Assembly (NCBI GenBank): GCA_963806225.1
Contig: CAWDXG010000004.1
Location: 1,312,001-1,376,000 of the forward strand
DNA length: 64,000 nt
From: an uncultured delta proteobacterium
GTDB lineage: Bacteria > Myxococcota_A > Polyangia > Polyangiales > Polyangiaceae
Direction of reading: 5' to 3'
How positions within the stretch are numbered: the first letter of the stretch is position 1; each line of letters begins with the position of its first letter. The translations under genes and the position numbers were made by a program. Shown in pieces: positions 37,135-46,704 of the stretch. The notes below the pieces were generated by a model. The model ran no database searches. It was not told the DNA's origin and was given only the letters and a program-made list of their open reading frames with translations.

Positions 37135-38440
37135 CTACAGCCGCTCCAGCAGCTCGTGCAGGATCGCGAAGCCTTCGCGGAAGTGCTGCAGCTCGGCCTG
37201 CTCGTTGGGCGCGTGGTAGTAGGTGCTGCGGCCGAAGCCGGTGATCTGCACGTCGAAGCCCTTGCGCTGTAGGTCGCGCACGAGCGGCAGCGAGCCGGTC
37301 ATGCTGTAGGGCTCGAGCCGATCCTTGCCGCGCACGGAGGCCATGGCGGCCTCGAGCGCAGCCAGGCCCGGCGAGTCCAGATCGCACGCGATGCCTTCCA
37401 TGAAACGGCCCTTGCGCTCGAGCCGGAGCTTGCCACGGCGGCCGTCGGCGGCGCGTACGTGAGGGAAACCAGCCGGCACATCGCCCGCTTCGAGGCGCCG
37501 ATCGAGCTCTGCGATGAACTTTTCCGCACCCGCGATGGCGTCTTCCATCTCGTAGAACGGCGTCAGGCGGATATCGCCTTCCACCACGACGTTGCCCGGG
37601 ATCTTGGTGATCTTGTTGTTGGCGGCCTTGATCACCGTGCCCTTGAGCGTGGACGACGAAAGGAACCCGTAGCGCTCCTCGTCGGCGTGCGGGGGAAAGG
37701 CGCCGCGGAACCACTCCCCCAGCGCCAGCGTCGTCGCCATGGAAAGCTCCAGCGCGTTCACGCAGTTGTGCGTCAGGCCGGAGTGGCCCGTCACACCTTC
37801 GACGTGCAGCTCCCACATCGCCACGCCGCCGGTGCCGACGGTGGGACCGAAGTCGGCGCTGTCGAGCCAGAAGATGGGGCCGCTCCTGGAGATCGTCGAG
37901 GTGGCCCTGGGCGACCACGTAGTCGAGACCGATTTCGGGGACGGGCGCTTCTTCCTCGTTCGCGATGAAGACGACCTTGAGCGTGCGCGTGGGGCGCTCG
38001 CCGCGCTCGGCCAGCTGCGCGAGCAGGTCGGTGAGCACGGCGACGTGGCCCAGGCAGTCGGTGACGCCGCGGCCGTAGAGCGTGCCGTCGTCGCCGACCC
38101 ACAGCTTGAAGGGATCGCGCTCCCAGCCCTCGGCTTCCTTGTCCGCGGGGACCACGTCGAAATGCGCGCCGACGAAACCAATCGTCCCTTCGCCCCTGCC
38201 GCGCACCGTCAGCACCAGGCTCGGCCGGGACTCGTGTCCGGCCGCCGCGAGGCGCTCGACCTCGATGAACCCGCTGTCGATGTGGGGGCGGAGCGTTTCC
38301 ATCACCAGATCGGCCGGCAGCTCCTCGCGCGGGACAAGGCCCACGTCCGGGGAGTTCTGCAGCTCCGGCGTCATGGCGATGAAACGCCGCAACAGGTCGA
38401 TGAAACGGGACTCGTCGAGGGAGAGATCAGCCACTAGCAT
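37135..38440 (-). CDS. argE: M20 metallopeptidase / acetylornithine deacetylase (plant-type), frameshifted near 37888
   Basis: GAHFDVVP, LYGRGVTDCLGH and FIANEE; then WLDSAD, GHSG, VNALE, GDIRLTPFY and YHAPNE in the second frame. Confidence 0.8.
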
Positions 38441-38553
38441 CGCTAGTCGCTCACGCCGCGGTTCGCGTCAACGACAAATCCAGAGGGGGCGAGCGCGAGG
38501 ATGACGACGGCGGGTCCGTCGGCTACCCTTCTCGCCCGGAAAACGAGCTGAAC

Positions 38554-39318
38554 ATGCGCGCGATCATCATCGGAGCCGGCCGCGGCAGCCGGCTCGGGCA
38601 CGAGACCCGCGAGATCCCCAAGACGCTGGTCGAGGTGATGGGGCGTCCCATGCTCGAGTGGGTGCTCGAAGCGCTCGCCGAGGCCGGCATCGGGCGGCGG
38701 GACGTGGTGTTCATCAGCGGCTACGCCGAGGACGTGGTGCGCGAGCGCTACCCGGAGTTTTCGTTCGTCAGGAACGCGGACTGGCAGAACAACAACATCC
38801 TCCTGTCGCTGCTCTGCGCGCGCGAGTATCTCGGCGAGGGCTTCGTCTCCACCTACTCGGATATCGTGTACGAGGGCGCGGTCGTGCAGAAGCTGGTCAA
38901 AAGCCCCCATGATATCGCGCTCGGCTGCGACACGGCGTGGCGGCGGCGCTACACGAGCCGCTCGCAGCATCCGGAAACGGACGCGGAGAAGCTCCGGGCC
39001 GAGGGCAGCCGCGTGGTCGAGTTGAGCCGGCACATCGACAGCGAGGCAGCGGACGGCGAGTTCATCGGCGTGATGAAGCTGAGTGCCGATGGAGCGCGCC
39101 AGCTCACCGAAGCCTTCGACGCGGCCGAGGCCGAGTACGCCGGAAAGGAGTTCCGCGAAGGGCGGAGCTTCGAGAAGGCGTACCTGATCGATCTCCTGCA
39201 GCACATGCTGGAGCAGGGCAGCACGATGCACCGCGAGAACACGCGCGGCGGCTATATGGAGATCGACACGCTCGAAGATCTCGGACTGGCAGAGAAGTGG
39301 TGGCAGGAGCGGCCGTGA
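38554..39318 (+). CDS. Nucleotidyltransferase, phosphocholine cytidylyltransferase (LicC/PntC)-like
   Basis: IIIGAGRGSRL...PKTL, NNILLSL, YSDIVY, GEFIGVMK and MEIDTLEDL motifs. Confidence 0.8.
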   Translation: MRAIIIGAGRGSRLGHETREIPKTLVEVMGRPMLEWVLEALAEAGIGRRDVVFISGYAEDVVRERYPEFSFVRNADWQNNNILLSLLCAREYLGEGFVSTYSDIVYEGAVVQKLVKSPHDIALGCDTAWRRRYTSRSQHPETDAEKLRAEGSRVVELSRHIDSEAADGEFIGVMKLSADGARQLTEAFDAAEAEYAGKEFREGRSFEKAYLIDLLQHMLEQGSTMHRENTRGGYMEIDTLEDLGLAEKWWQERP

Positions 39319-40082
39319 CGCGTGCCGTCTCCGCCGAAGCGCTGATCGCGGAGCTCGGCGCGGCGCTTCCGGAACAGGGAGCCGCCGCGCTGGCATTCGA
39401 CGGCGACGGCACGCTGTGGTGGGGGGACGTGTCGGAGGACGTGCTCTCGTTCGCGACCGCCGAGGGCTTGATCCGCGAGGAGGCACGGCCGGCGCTGGTA
39501 GAGGCTGCCGAGGCCCACGGCGTGTCCAGCGAAGGCAGCGCGTCGGCGCTGGCCGCGCGCATCTTCGAGGCGTACACGAACCGCCGCTACCCCGAGCGCG
39601 AGGTGTGCGAGATGATGACGTGGTGCTACGCCGGCTACTCGCTGGCGGAGCTCGGACCGCTTGTCCGGGAAGCGTTCGCCCGTCGGGATCTCGAGGAGCG
39701 CGTGAACACTTCGCTCTCGCCGGTCATCGAGTGGGCGCGGGGCCGCGGGCTGCGCACCGTGATAGTGTCGGCTTCGCCGGATTTCATCGTCGAACAGGCG
39801 GCGCGGCTGTGGGGCATCGGCGCGAGCGACATCGCGGCGAGCCGGGCGGCGGTGGACGGCGATCGCCTCGTACCGCGGATGCACGGCGAGGTGCCGTACG
39901 CCGAGCACAAGCCGGTGGCCGGGCGGGCGCTCATCGGCGATGCCGCGTGGCTCGCGAGCTTCGGCGACAGTGCCTTCGATATCGAGATGTTGCGGGCCGC
40001 ACGCATCGGCGTCGCGGTGCGACCACGGGCGGATCTCGTGGACCACATGCACGCACATCCGGAGCTGCTCCTGTTCGAGTAG
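39315..40082 (+). CDS. HAD-superfamily hydrolase (IB-like)
   Basis: Motif I AFDGDGTLW, motif II IVSAS, motif III K, motif IV FGDSAFD; GTGA overlap with the upstream gene. Confidence 0.85.
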   Translation: MTRAVSAEALIAELGAALPEQGAAALAFDGDGTLWWGDVSEDVLSFATAEGLIREEARPALVEAAEAHGVSSEGSASALAARIFEAYTNRRYPEREVCEMMTWCYAGYSLAELGPLVREAFARRDLEERVNTSLSPVIEWARGRGLRTVIVSASPDFIVEQAARLWGIGASDIAASRAAVDGDRLVPRMHGEVPYAEHKPVAGRALIGDAAWLASFGDSAFDIEMLRAARIGVAVRPRADLVDHMHAHPELLLFE

Positions 40083-40171
40083 TCGCGCGCGCTGTGAAGA
40101 AAATCCTCCGGCATTGAACCTCCCGCCAGGGCCTTGTTCCGGCGCGGAACGTCCGCTACTTCTATGCTCCC

Positions 40172-40903
40172 ATGACGCGTTCCTGCGCACTCCGCTCCCT
40201 GTTCCAGGCCACCCTCATCTCCACTGCCGTGCTGGCTGCTGCCTGCGGCGGCGACAAGCCGCCGCCCAAGGCGCCCACTCCCCCGCCCGAGCAAGCCGAG
40301 CAGCACGACGGCCAGCAGGCGCAAGTGAGCGCCGAGATCGGCGCGCTCGACGAGGACGCGGTCACGAGGACGTTCGCCTCGAGCCTCAAGGGACTGCAGC
40401 GTTGTCTGGACGACGGCGCCGGCAAGGTGCAGTACCTCGGCGGCTCGGTCAGCTTCTCGATCAAGGTGGATCAGCGCGGCCAGCTCAGCGACGCACGCCT
40501 CGATCACTCGACGCTCGGAGACTACGACACTGAAAAGTGCATGCTCGACGTGCTGCGCTCGAAGCAGTGGCCGAAGCCCGTCGGCGGCGTGCACGGCCTG
40601 GCGTCCAAGTCGTTCGAGTTCGATCCGCCGAACGACGTGCGGCCGCCCACCGAGTGGACCAGCGACCGCATCGACAAGACGCTCGACGAGCTGGGGTCGA
40701 AGATCTCGAGCTGCAAGGGCGGAGCGTCCGGCTCCTTCAGCGCGACAATGTACGTCGGCACCGACGGCCACGCGCTCTCGGTGGGCGTCACGCCGCCGGA
40801 CTCGCACGGCGAGGCGGCGGTGGATTGCCTGGTCGGCGTGCTCAAGGAAGCAAAGTACCCCTCCCCCGGCAGCTGGCCGGCCAAGGTGACCTTCACGCTC
40901 TGA
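40172..40903 (+). CDS. Lipoprotein with two AgmX/PglI (TonB-C-like) domains
   Basis: Lipobox AAAC; two C...F.I.V...G...C..VL..W/YP.P repeats. Confidence 0.65.
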   Translation: MTRSCALRSLFQATLISTAVLAAACGGDKPPPKAPTPPPEQAEQHDGQQAQVSAEIGALDEDAVTRTFASSLKGLQRCLDDGAGKVQYLGGSVSFSIKVDQRGQLSDARLDHSTLGDYDTEKCMLDVLRSKQWPKPVGGVHGLASKSFEFDPPNDVRPPTEWTSDRIDKTLDELGSKISSCKGGASGSFSATMYVGTDGHALSVGVTPPDSHGEAAVDCLVGVLKEAKYPSPGSWPAKVTFTL

Positions 40904-41020
40904 CCTCTAGCGCGGCATGCGGAAGCGTCATCGCGTCCCCGGCGAGCTAGTCGCGGTTTCCACAGGCTTTCACGGGTCTCCGGGCTGACGCCACACTCCG
41001 GGCAGCCTACACTGGCGCGG

Positions 41021-41767
41021 ATGGAGCTAGCCGGAAAGCGCGCGCTGGTGACCGGCGCGGGGCAGCGCGTCGGGCGCGCCATTGCGCTCGAGCTGGGCGC
41101 CGCGGGTATGCGCGTGGCGGTGCACTACCGCTCGAGTCGCGAAGGGGCGGAGCGGACCTGCGAGGAGATCCGCAGCGCCGGCGGCGCGGCGTCCAGCATC
41201 CAGGCGGATCTGTCCGACCGCGCCCAGGCCCGGCGGCTGGTGGACGAAGCGGTGCAGCGGCTCGGCGGGCTCGACCTGCTGGTGCCGAGCGCGGCGAGCT
41301 TCGAGCGCGTGCCGTATGCGGAGCTCGACGACGCGGCGTGGGACCGCAGTCTGGAGCTCGACCTATCAGCCCCCTTTGCGCTCGCGCACCAGGCGAGCCC
41401 CGCCCTGCGCGCGGCGCGCGGCGCGATCGTGTTCGTCACCTGCTCCAGCACCACCACTCCGTTCCGGAACTATCTGCCGTACGTCGTCGCCAAGGGCGCG
41501 CTCAAGCAGCTGATGCGCACGCTGGCGCTGGAACTGGCGCCCGATGTACGGGTCAACGCCGTGGCCCCCGGCACCGTGCTACCGCCCGACGACATGCCGC
41601 CCGAAGCCGTGGAGCGGCTCGCCGTCAAAGCGCCCCTCGGCCGCATCGGTAGCGCCGAGGACATCGCCGACGCGGTCGTGTATCTGGCGCTGGCCGATTT
41701 CGTCACCGGGCAGGAGCTCGTCGTGGACGGCGGGCGCAGTGTGGCGGGGCTGGAGCGCTACGAGTAG
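41021..41767 (+). CDS. Short-chain dehydrogenase/reductase, pteridine reductase (FolM/PTR1)-like
   Basis: ALVTGAGQRVGRAIA, VHYRSS, YVVAK (YxxxK) and LELAPDVRVNAVAPG motifs. Confidence 0.88.
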   Translation: MELAGKRALVTGAGQRVGRAIALELGAAGMRVAVHYRSSREGAERTCEEIRSAGGAASSIQADLSDRAQARRLVDEAVQRLGGLDLLVPSAASFERVPYAELDDAAWDRSLELDLSAPFALAHQASPALRAARGAIVFVTCSSTTTPFRNYLPYVVAKGALKQLMRTLALELAPDVRVNAVAPGTVLPPDDMPPEAVERLAVKAPLGRIGSAEDIADAVVYLALADFVTGQELVVDGGRSVAGLERYE

Positions 41768-41991
41768 AAGGCGATGGCCGTCACGACACGACGGGGTGCG
41801 ACAGGGCCCGCACCTCCCTGGCACGCGCCGCATCCCCGCTCGACGGACAGAAACGCAAGCACCTCGGCGCGCCGGGAGTTGTCGATTCCTTCGCGTGCGA
41901 GGAGACGCTCATAGGCCGCGATGGCGGCGGCCGTGTCACCGCGGTCCGAAGCGGCATGTGCAAGCTCCAGCTCGGCGTCCCAGGTGCTCAT
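41758..41991 (-). pseudogene. Short TPR-like ORF, possibly an internally deleted remnant
   Basis: MSTWDAELELAHAASDRGDTAAAIAAYERLLAREG...AIAFYS: one TPR-like helix pair joined to an 'AIAFY' end by a non-helical middle; only 77 aa. Confidence 0.35.
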
Positions 41992-42031
41992 GGGCGCAAC
42001 GTACCCGACGCCTGGGGAGTCTGGAAGACCG

Positions 42032-43999
42032 CTAGCTCTGCCGCGACGCCACCCGGTACAGCCCGTAGACAACCAGGCACAAGAGCGCCAGCCCCGGCAG
42101 GGGCGAGCTGTGCACGCCGAAGAAGGCGAGCACGTCGGAGCGTCCGGAGAGCACGATGGGAATGGCCATCAGGATGCCCACCAGGGCTTCGCCCGTGATC
42201 AGACCCGACGCGAGCAACAGGCCGCGCTGTTCCAGGTCTTTCTGCGCGTCGCCGGAAACGCTGCCTTTCTGGCGCGCCACAGCGCGCTTCACGAAATGCG
42301 AGACCACGCCGCCGATGATGATCGGCGTCGAGAGCTCGAGCGGCAGGTAGATGCCGACGGCCACGGCGAGCACCGGCGCGCGGAAGTTCGAGCCGCGCTT
42401 CTCGAGGTACAGGTCGAGCACGATGATCGCGACCGCGAGCCCCATGCCGATGAAGACCATCGTCCAGGGCAGGCCGCCCTCGAAGACGCCCTTGGCCACG
42501 GACGCCATCAGCGTCGCCTGCGGAGCGGTCAACGACTGCGGATGAGCGGCGGTGTGGGGACCGATGCCGTAGGCCGCGAGCAGCAGGTTCAGGATCGGCG
42601 CCATCACGAACGCCGACACGCCGGTGCCGACGATCAGCATCACCTGCTGCTTCCAGGGCGTCGCGCCGACCAGGTAGCCCGTCTTCAGGTCGTGCAGGTT
42701 GTCGCCGGCGATCGCCGCAGCGCACGCGACGACCGCGCCGATCAGGATGGCGGCTGCAGCGCCGCTGGCGCCCGAGGCGCCGAAGACAAACAGGAGCAGC
42801 AGCGAGGCGAACAGGATCGTCGCAATGGTGACGCCGGAGATCGGGTTGTTCGACGAGCCGACGAGACCGGTCATGTAGCCCGACACCGCCGAGAACAGAA
42901 AACCGCCGATCACCATGATGACCGCCATCCCGAGGCTCATCCAGACGTGGCCGACCAGGAAGTGGTAGAGGAAATACAGCGGCAGGATCGACACGACGAT
43001 CACGACCAGCACCCACTGCATCGGCATGTCGCGGTCGGTGCGCTCGGCCGCGTCGGCGTGGCCGTCCTCGAGCTTCCGGTAGGCGTCGAGGCCCGAACGG
43101 ATGCCGGTCGTCACGCTGCCGCGCATGCGCACCAGCGCCCATAGTCCGCCCACCACCATCGCGCCGACGCCGAGGTAGCGTGTCTGGGCGGACCAGACCT
43201 CGAGCGCGTGCTCGGTGGCGCTCTGCCCCGCGGGAACGCCGCCGTGCATCCAGGTCAGGATCGGGATGGCGACCCAGAAGTTGAGAATGCCGCCGGCAAA
43301 CACGAGCACGGCGATGTTCAGCCCGACGATGTAGCCCACCGCGACCAGCGCGGGCGACAGATCGGTCCCGATGTAGAAGAGGCTCCGCCTGCTAGCCACG
43401 CCGGTGGCCCACTCCGCCGCCTCCTTCCAGAGCTGGAGCCCGGTCTGGCCGAACTTGAACAGCGCCGAGACGATCGCGGCGCCCAGAACGAGCTTGACGC
43501 CCGCCCCGCCGCGCTCGCCGGTCTCGAGTACCTCGGCGCAGGCAACGCCCTCGGGGAACTGCAGCGGCTCCTCGACGATCAGCGCGCGGCGCAGCGGGAC
43601 TGTGAACAGCACGCCCAGGATCCCGCCGAAGCCCGCGATCAGCGTCGTCTGCACGAAGTTGAAGCGGCTCCACGTGCCGAGCAGCACCAGCGCCGGCATG
43701 GTGAAGATCACGCCGGCGGCGAGCGACTCGCCCGCACTGGCGCAGGTCTGCACGATGTTGTTTTCGAGGATGTTCGAGCGCTTGAACAGCTTGAGCACGC
43801 CCATCGAGATGACGGCGGCGGGGATCGACGCCGACACCGTCATCCCGGCGAACAGCCCGAGATAGGCGTTCGCGCCGGCCAGCACGACCGCGAGCACGAT
43901 GCCCAGGATCAGCGCCTTGAGCGTGATCTCGGGCAGCGACGTCGAGCTCGGAACGAACGGCTTGAAAGTCGGGCTCTTCTGGGGATCGGACTGGGACAC
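42032..43999 (-). CDS. OPT family oligopeptide transporter
   Basis: EITLKALILG, NAYLGLFAGMTVSASIPAAV, ENNIVQT, FPEGVACAEVL, DLKTGYLVGATPWKQQ and APQATLM motifs; many TM segments. Confidence 0.93.
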   Translation of the reverse strand: MSQSDPQKSPTFKPFVPSSTSLPEITLKALILGIVLAVVLAGANAYLGLFAGMTVSASIPAAVISMGVLKLFKRSNILENNIVQTCASAGESLAAGVIFTMPALVLLGTWSRFNFVQTTLIAGFGGILGVLFTVPLRRALIVEEPLQFPEGVACAEVLETGERGGAGVKLVLGAAIVSALFKFGQTGLQLWKEAAEWATGVASRRSLFYIGTDLSPALVAVGYIVGLNIAVLVFAGGILNFWVAIPILTWMHGGVPAGQSATEHALEVWSAQTRYLGVGAMVVGGLWALVRMRGSVTTGIRSGLDAYRKLEDGHADAAERTDRDMPMQWVLVVIVVSILPLYFLYHFLVGHVWMSLGMAVIMVIGGFLFSAVSGYMTGLVGSSNNPISGVTIATILFASLLLLFVFGASGASGAAAAILIGAVVACAAAIAGDNLHDLKTGYLVGATPWKQQVMLIVGTGVSAFVMAPILNLLLAAYGIGPHTAAHPQSLTAPQATLMASVAKGVFEGGLPWTMVFIGMGLAVAIIVLDLYLEKRGSNFRAPVLAVAVGIYLPLELSTPIIIGGVVSHFVKRAVARQKGSVSGDAQKDLEQRGLLLASGLITGEALVGILMAIPIVLSGRSDVLAFFGVHSSPLPGLALLCLVVYGLYRVASRQS

Positions 44000-44062
44000 C
44001 GGCGGCCGCACGGTACGTGCTGGCCGCCAGCGCCGCAACCGTGGCGCCGCCGGCGCGCAGCG

Positions 44063-44980
44063 CTACGAGCTCTGCCCGGTCGCTATCTCGATCTCCAGCG
44101 TGCGCGTGCCGGCTCCGGACTCCGGGCTAGCCGCCGAACCGCCCGCGGGCGCGGTGGCGTCGGCCGACGTGGCATCGTCGCCGGCGGCGTCCTCGGCTGC
44201 GTCGGGCTTGCTCTGATCCACGTCCAGCGTCACGCGTCCGGAACCCATGCCCTGCTGGGCGAGCGCGTCGGAAAGCCGGCGCAGGCGCAGCGTCTCCTGC
44301 TCCTCGGAGAGAGCGGCATCCGCGTGCAGCTCCCGAATCGTCACGCTGCTGCCGGCGTGCAATCCGATGACGCGCACCACGGCCGAGAGCAACTTCTGTC
44401 CCTGGGGCAGGATATTCTTCTGGGCCAGGACCCTCGCCGAATCGATGCGCAGCACGGGCCGGCCGTCCACCATGGTCAGCTCGACAGCGCCGGTCGAGAT
44501 CGGATCGTGCAGGAGCAGCGACAGGTCGCGCACGATCATCGCCCGCTCGGCCGCCTGGTGCTCGACCTCTTCGAGGCGCTTTTCACGCGCCTGGGCGGCG
44601 TCGAGCGCATCGGCGAGCTTCTGCTTCTGGTCGGCGAAGGAGCGCAGGTTGTCGCCCACGCGGGCCAGCTCGCCGCGGAGCTGATCGACGAGCTGGGAAG
44701 CGTTGTCGCGTTGCTTGTTCGCAACGTTCTTGTCGAGCTGCGCTTCGGCAATCTTCTGCCCCTGGCGCTCGAGCTTGTGCTGGCGCTTGTCGAGGTCCGC
44801 CTGCAGGCTCCGGACCTTCTGTTCGACCTCGTACAAACTGACGGCGCCGCGGCGGTTCGCTTCCTGCTCGACCCTCAGTGCGGAGCGCGCCTCGTCATAG
44901 CGCGTAGCAGGGACCATGCAGGCGCTGACAGCGCTGGCAACGAACAGGAGTAGAAGCGCGGTGACGAGTCGTCGATACAT
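44063..44980 (-). CDS. Coiled-coil lipoprotein with degenerate OmpA/MotB-like C-terminal domain
   Basis: Lipobox VSAC; long heptad-rich region; G.VEL.MVDGR.VLRI pattern of MotB-like proteins, but no GHTD or LS.xRA motif. Confidence 0.55.
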   Translation of the reverse strand: MYRRLVTALLLLFVASAVSACMVPATRYDEARSALRVEQEANRRGAVSLYEVEQKVRSLQADLDKRQHKLERQGQKIAEAQLDKNVANKQRDNASQLVDQLRGELARVGDNLRSFADQKQKLADALDAAQAREKRLEEVEHQAAERAMIVRDLSLLLHDPISTGAVELTMVDGRPVLRIDSARVLAQKNILPQGQKLLSAVVRVIGLHAGSSVTIRELHADAALSEEQETLRLRRLSDALAQQGMGSGRVTLDVDQSKPDAAEDAAGDDATSADATAPAGGSAASPESGAGTRTLEIEIATGQSS

Positions 44981-44992
44981 CTGTTTTCTCTT

Positions 44993-45325
44993 TCAGCAAA
45001 GACCCACGCCGCGGATGCTGAGCAGATCGAGATGCTCGGCCAGCGTCAGGCGATCAACGTCGGAGATACGCACGAATTTCATCGCCTGGTGGGTTCCGAA
45101 CGACCACACCGGGCGGGCGAGAGCGAAGAGCGGCTTGTGACGCTCCGGCAGCTGCATCTCTAGCGGAATGATGATGCGCTCGTGCCGGGAAAGCACGGGG
45201 CGGCCGCGATCGAGCACGATCCCGCCTGACGATACCTCGATGCCCCGGCAACGGGCCGCCAGGCTCCCGTCCCTGGCGACAACCGCGAAATCGGTACGTG
45301 CTCTGAGTCCAACCCGTCGATTCAT
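44993..45325 (-). CDS. PilZ domain protein
   Basis: RRVGLR (RxxxR), EVSSGG (D/NxSxxG variant), ARPVW...MKF. Confidence 0.7.
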   Translation of the reverse strand: MNRRVGLRARTDFAVVARDGSLAARCRGIEVSSGGIVLDRGRPVLSRHERIIIPLEMQLPERHKPLFALARPVWSFGTHQAMKFVRISDVDRLTLAEHLDLLSIRGVGLC

Positions 45326-45427
45326 GCTGACCTCCGATCTGCAAACGAGATCGTACGGTGCGCCGGCGAGCCGGGGCCAACTTCGCTCGCTGCCCGGCGC
45401 GCGTTTCCCCCAGGGATACATAAGTAC

Positions 45428-46687
45428 TTGATGAAGTACTGGGCCCCGGGTCCGGCCGGTTCGCGCGGAAAGTTGGCCGGCCCGCGCGACGGGAGTACCC
45501 ACCGAGGGGTGCCGCGCTGGCTCCACCAGCTCGCGGGGCCTCTGTTTGTCGCCGCCGCGCTGTCGATACTGCTACCGGCGGTGGGCCGTGGAGCCGACGC
45601 CTCCCCGCCGAGCGTCGATCTGCGCCAACTCCGGCTGACCGACCACGGCGCCACCGCGCCCATCCGCGGCGGCGGGCGCGCGAAGCTCACCCTCGACCCG
45701 GAGCTGCAGCGCGCCGCCGAGCGGCTTCTGGCGAAGGCAGCCCCGACCCAGGGCGCTGTGGTCGTCATCGAAGCGCGCACCGGGCGGATCCTGACCTGGG
45801 CCGAGTACGGCGCGCGCCATCCGGGCGACGTGCTCCTGAAACTCGAAGCGCCGTCGGCCAGCGTGTTCAAGATCGTGACCAGCGTGGCGCTGATCGAGCG
45901 GGCGCACGCCAGTACCGCCCAGCGCGTCTGCTACCGCGGCGGCATGCACCGCATCGAGCGGGACAACCTCGAGCGGCCGCCCCGGGGTCCGGGCGTACGC
46001 TGCACGAGCTTCTATCGCGCCCTCGGGCACAGCATCAACGCGATCTTCGCACAGCTCGCCACCCGCTACCTCGAGCGCGACGATCTGATCGCTACCGGCG
46101 AGCAGTTCGGATTCAACCACCCCCTGCCCTTCGACGTGCCCGTCGAGCTCGGCACGCTGCACGTGCCGTACAACGATCTGGCGTTCGCGCGCACCTCGGC
46201 CGGGTTCATCCACACGCGACTGTCAACGCTGGGCGCGGCCTACCTCGCCTACAGTGTCGCGGCGGGCGGACGCATCGTGCGCACGCATATCGTCCAGAGC
46301 GCCGGCGACTACCACGCGCCGGAGCACCGCGGGATCGTGCGGCGCGTGTTCCGGACTCGCACCGCGCGGCTCTTGACACGGATGATGGAAGTGACGGTGC
46401 AGAGCGGCACGTCCGTGCACGCCTTCACAGATGACTCGCACAGAAGCTACCTGCCGGGTGTGCAGGTCGCCGGCAAGACCGGCACGCTCAAGCCGACGCG
46501 GCATTCGCCTACCACGAGCTGGTTCACGGGCTTCGCTCCCAGCCGGCGACCGCGCGTCGTGGTCGGCGTGCTGCTCCAGAATGGCCACGTGTGGCGCGAG
46601 AAGGCGAACGAGGTCGCGCGGGACGTGCTGCGCGTGTACTTCGCGCACCACGGCCACTACCCGCGCGTGACCGACCCGCTCGAGTAG
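45428..46687 (+). CDS. Penicillin-binding protein, transpeptidase domain only
   Basis: LTLDPELQ, SVFK (SxxK), SIN (SxN), AGKTGT and SWFTGFAP motifs. Start may be GTG 45509. Confidence 0.88.
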   Translation: MMKYWAPGPAGSRGKLAGPRDGSTHRGVPRWLHQLAGPLFVAAALSILLPAVGRGADASPPSVDLRQLRLTDHGATAPIRGGGRAKLTLDPELQRAAERLLAKAAPTQGAVVVIEARTGRILTWAEYGARHPGDVLLKLEAPSASVFKIVTSVALIERAHASTAQRVCYRGGMHRIERDNLERPPRGPGVRCTSFYRALGHSINAIFAQLATRYLERDDLIATGEQFGFNHPLPFDVPVELGTLHVPYNDLAFARTSAGFIHTRLSTLGAAYLAYSVAAGGRIVRTHIVQSAGDYHAPEHRGIVRRVFRTRTARLLTRMMEVTVQSGTSVHAFTDDSHRSYLPGVQVAGKTGTLKPTRHSPTTSWFTGFAPSRRPRVVVGVLLQNGHVWREKANEVARDVLRVYFAHHGHYPRVTDPLE

Positions 46688-46704
46688 CGGCGCGACCGCG
46701 ACCG

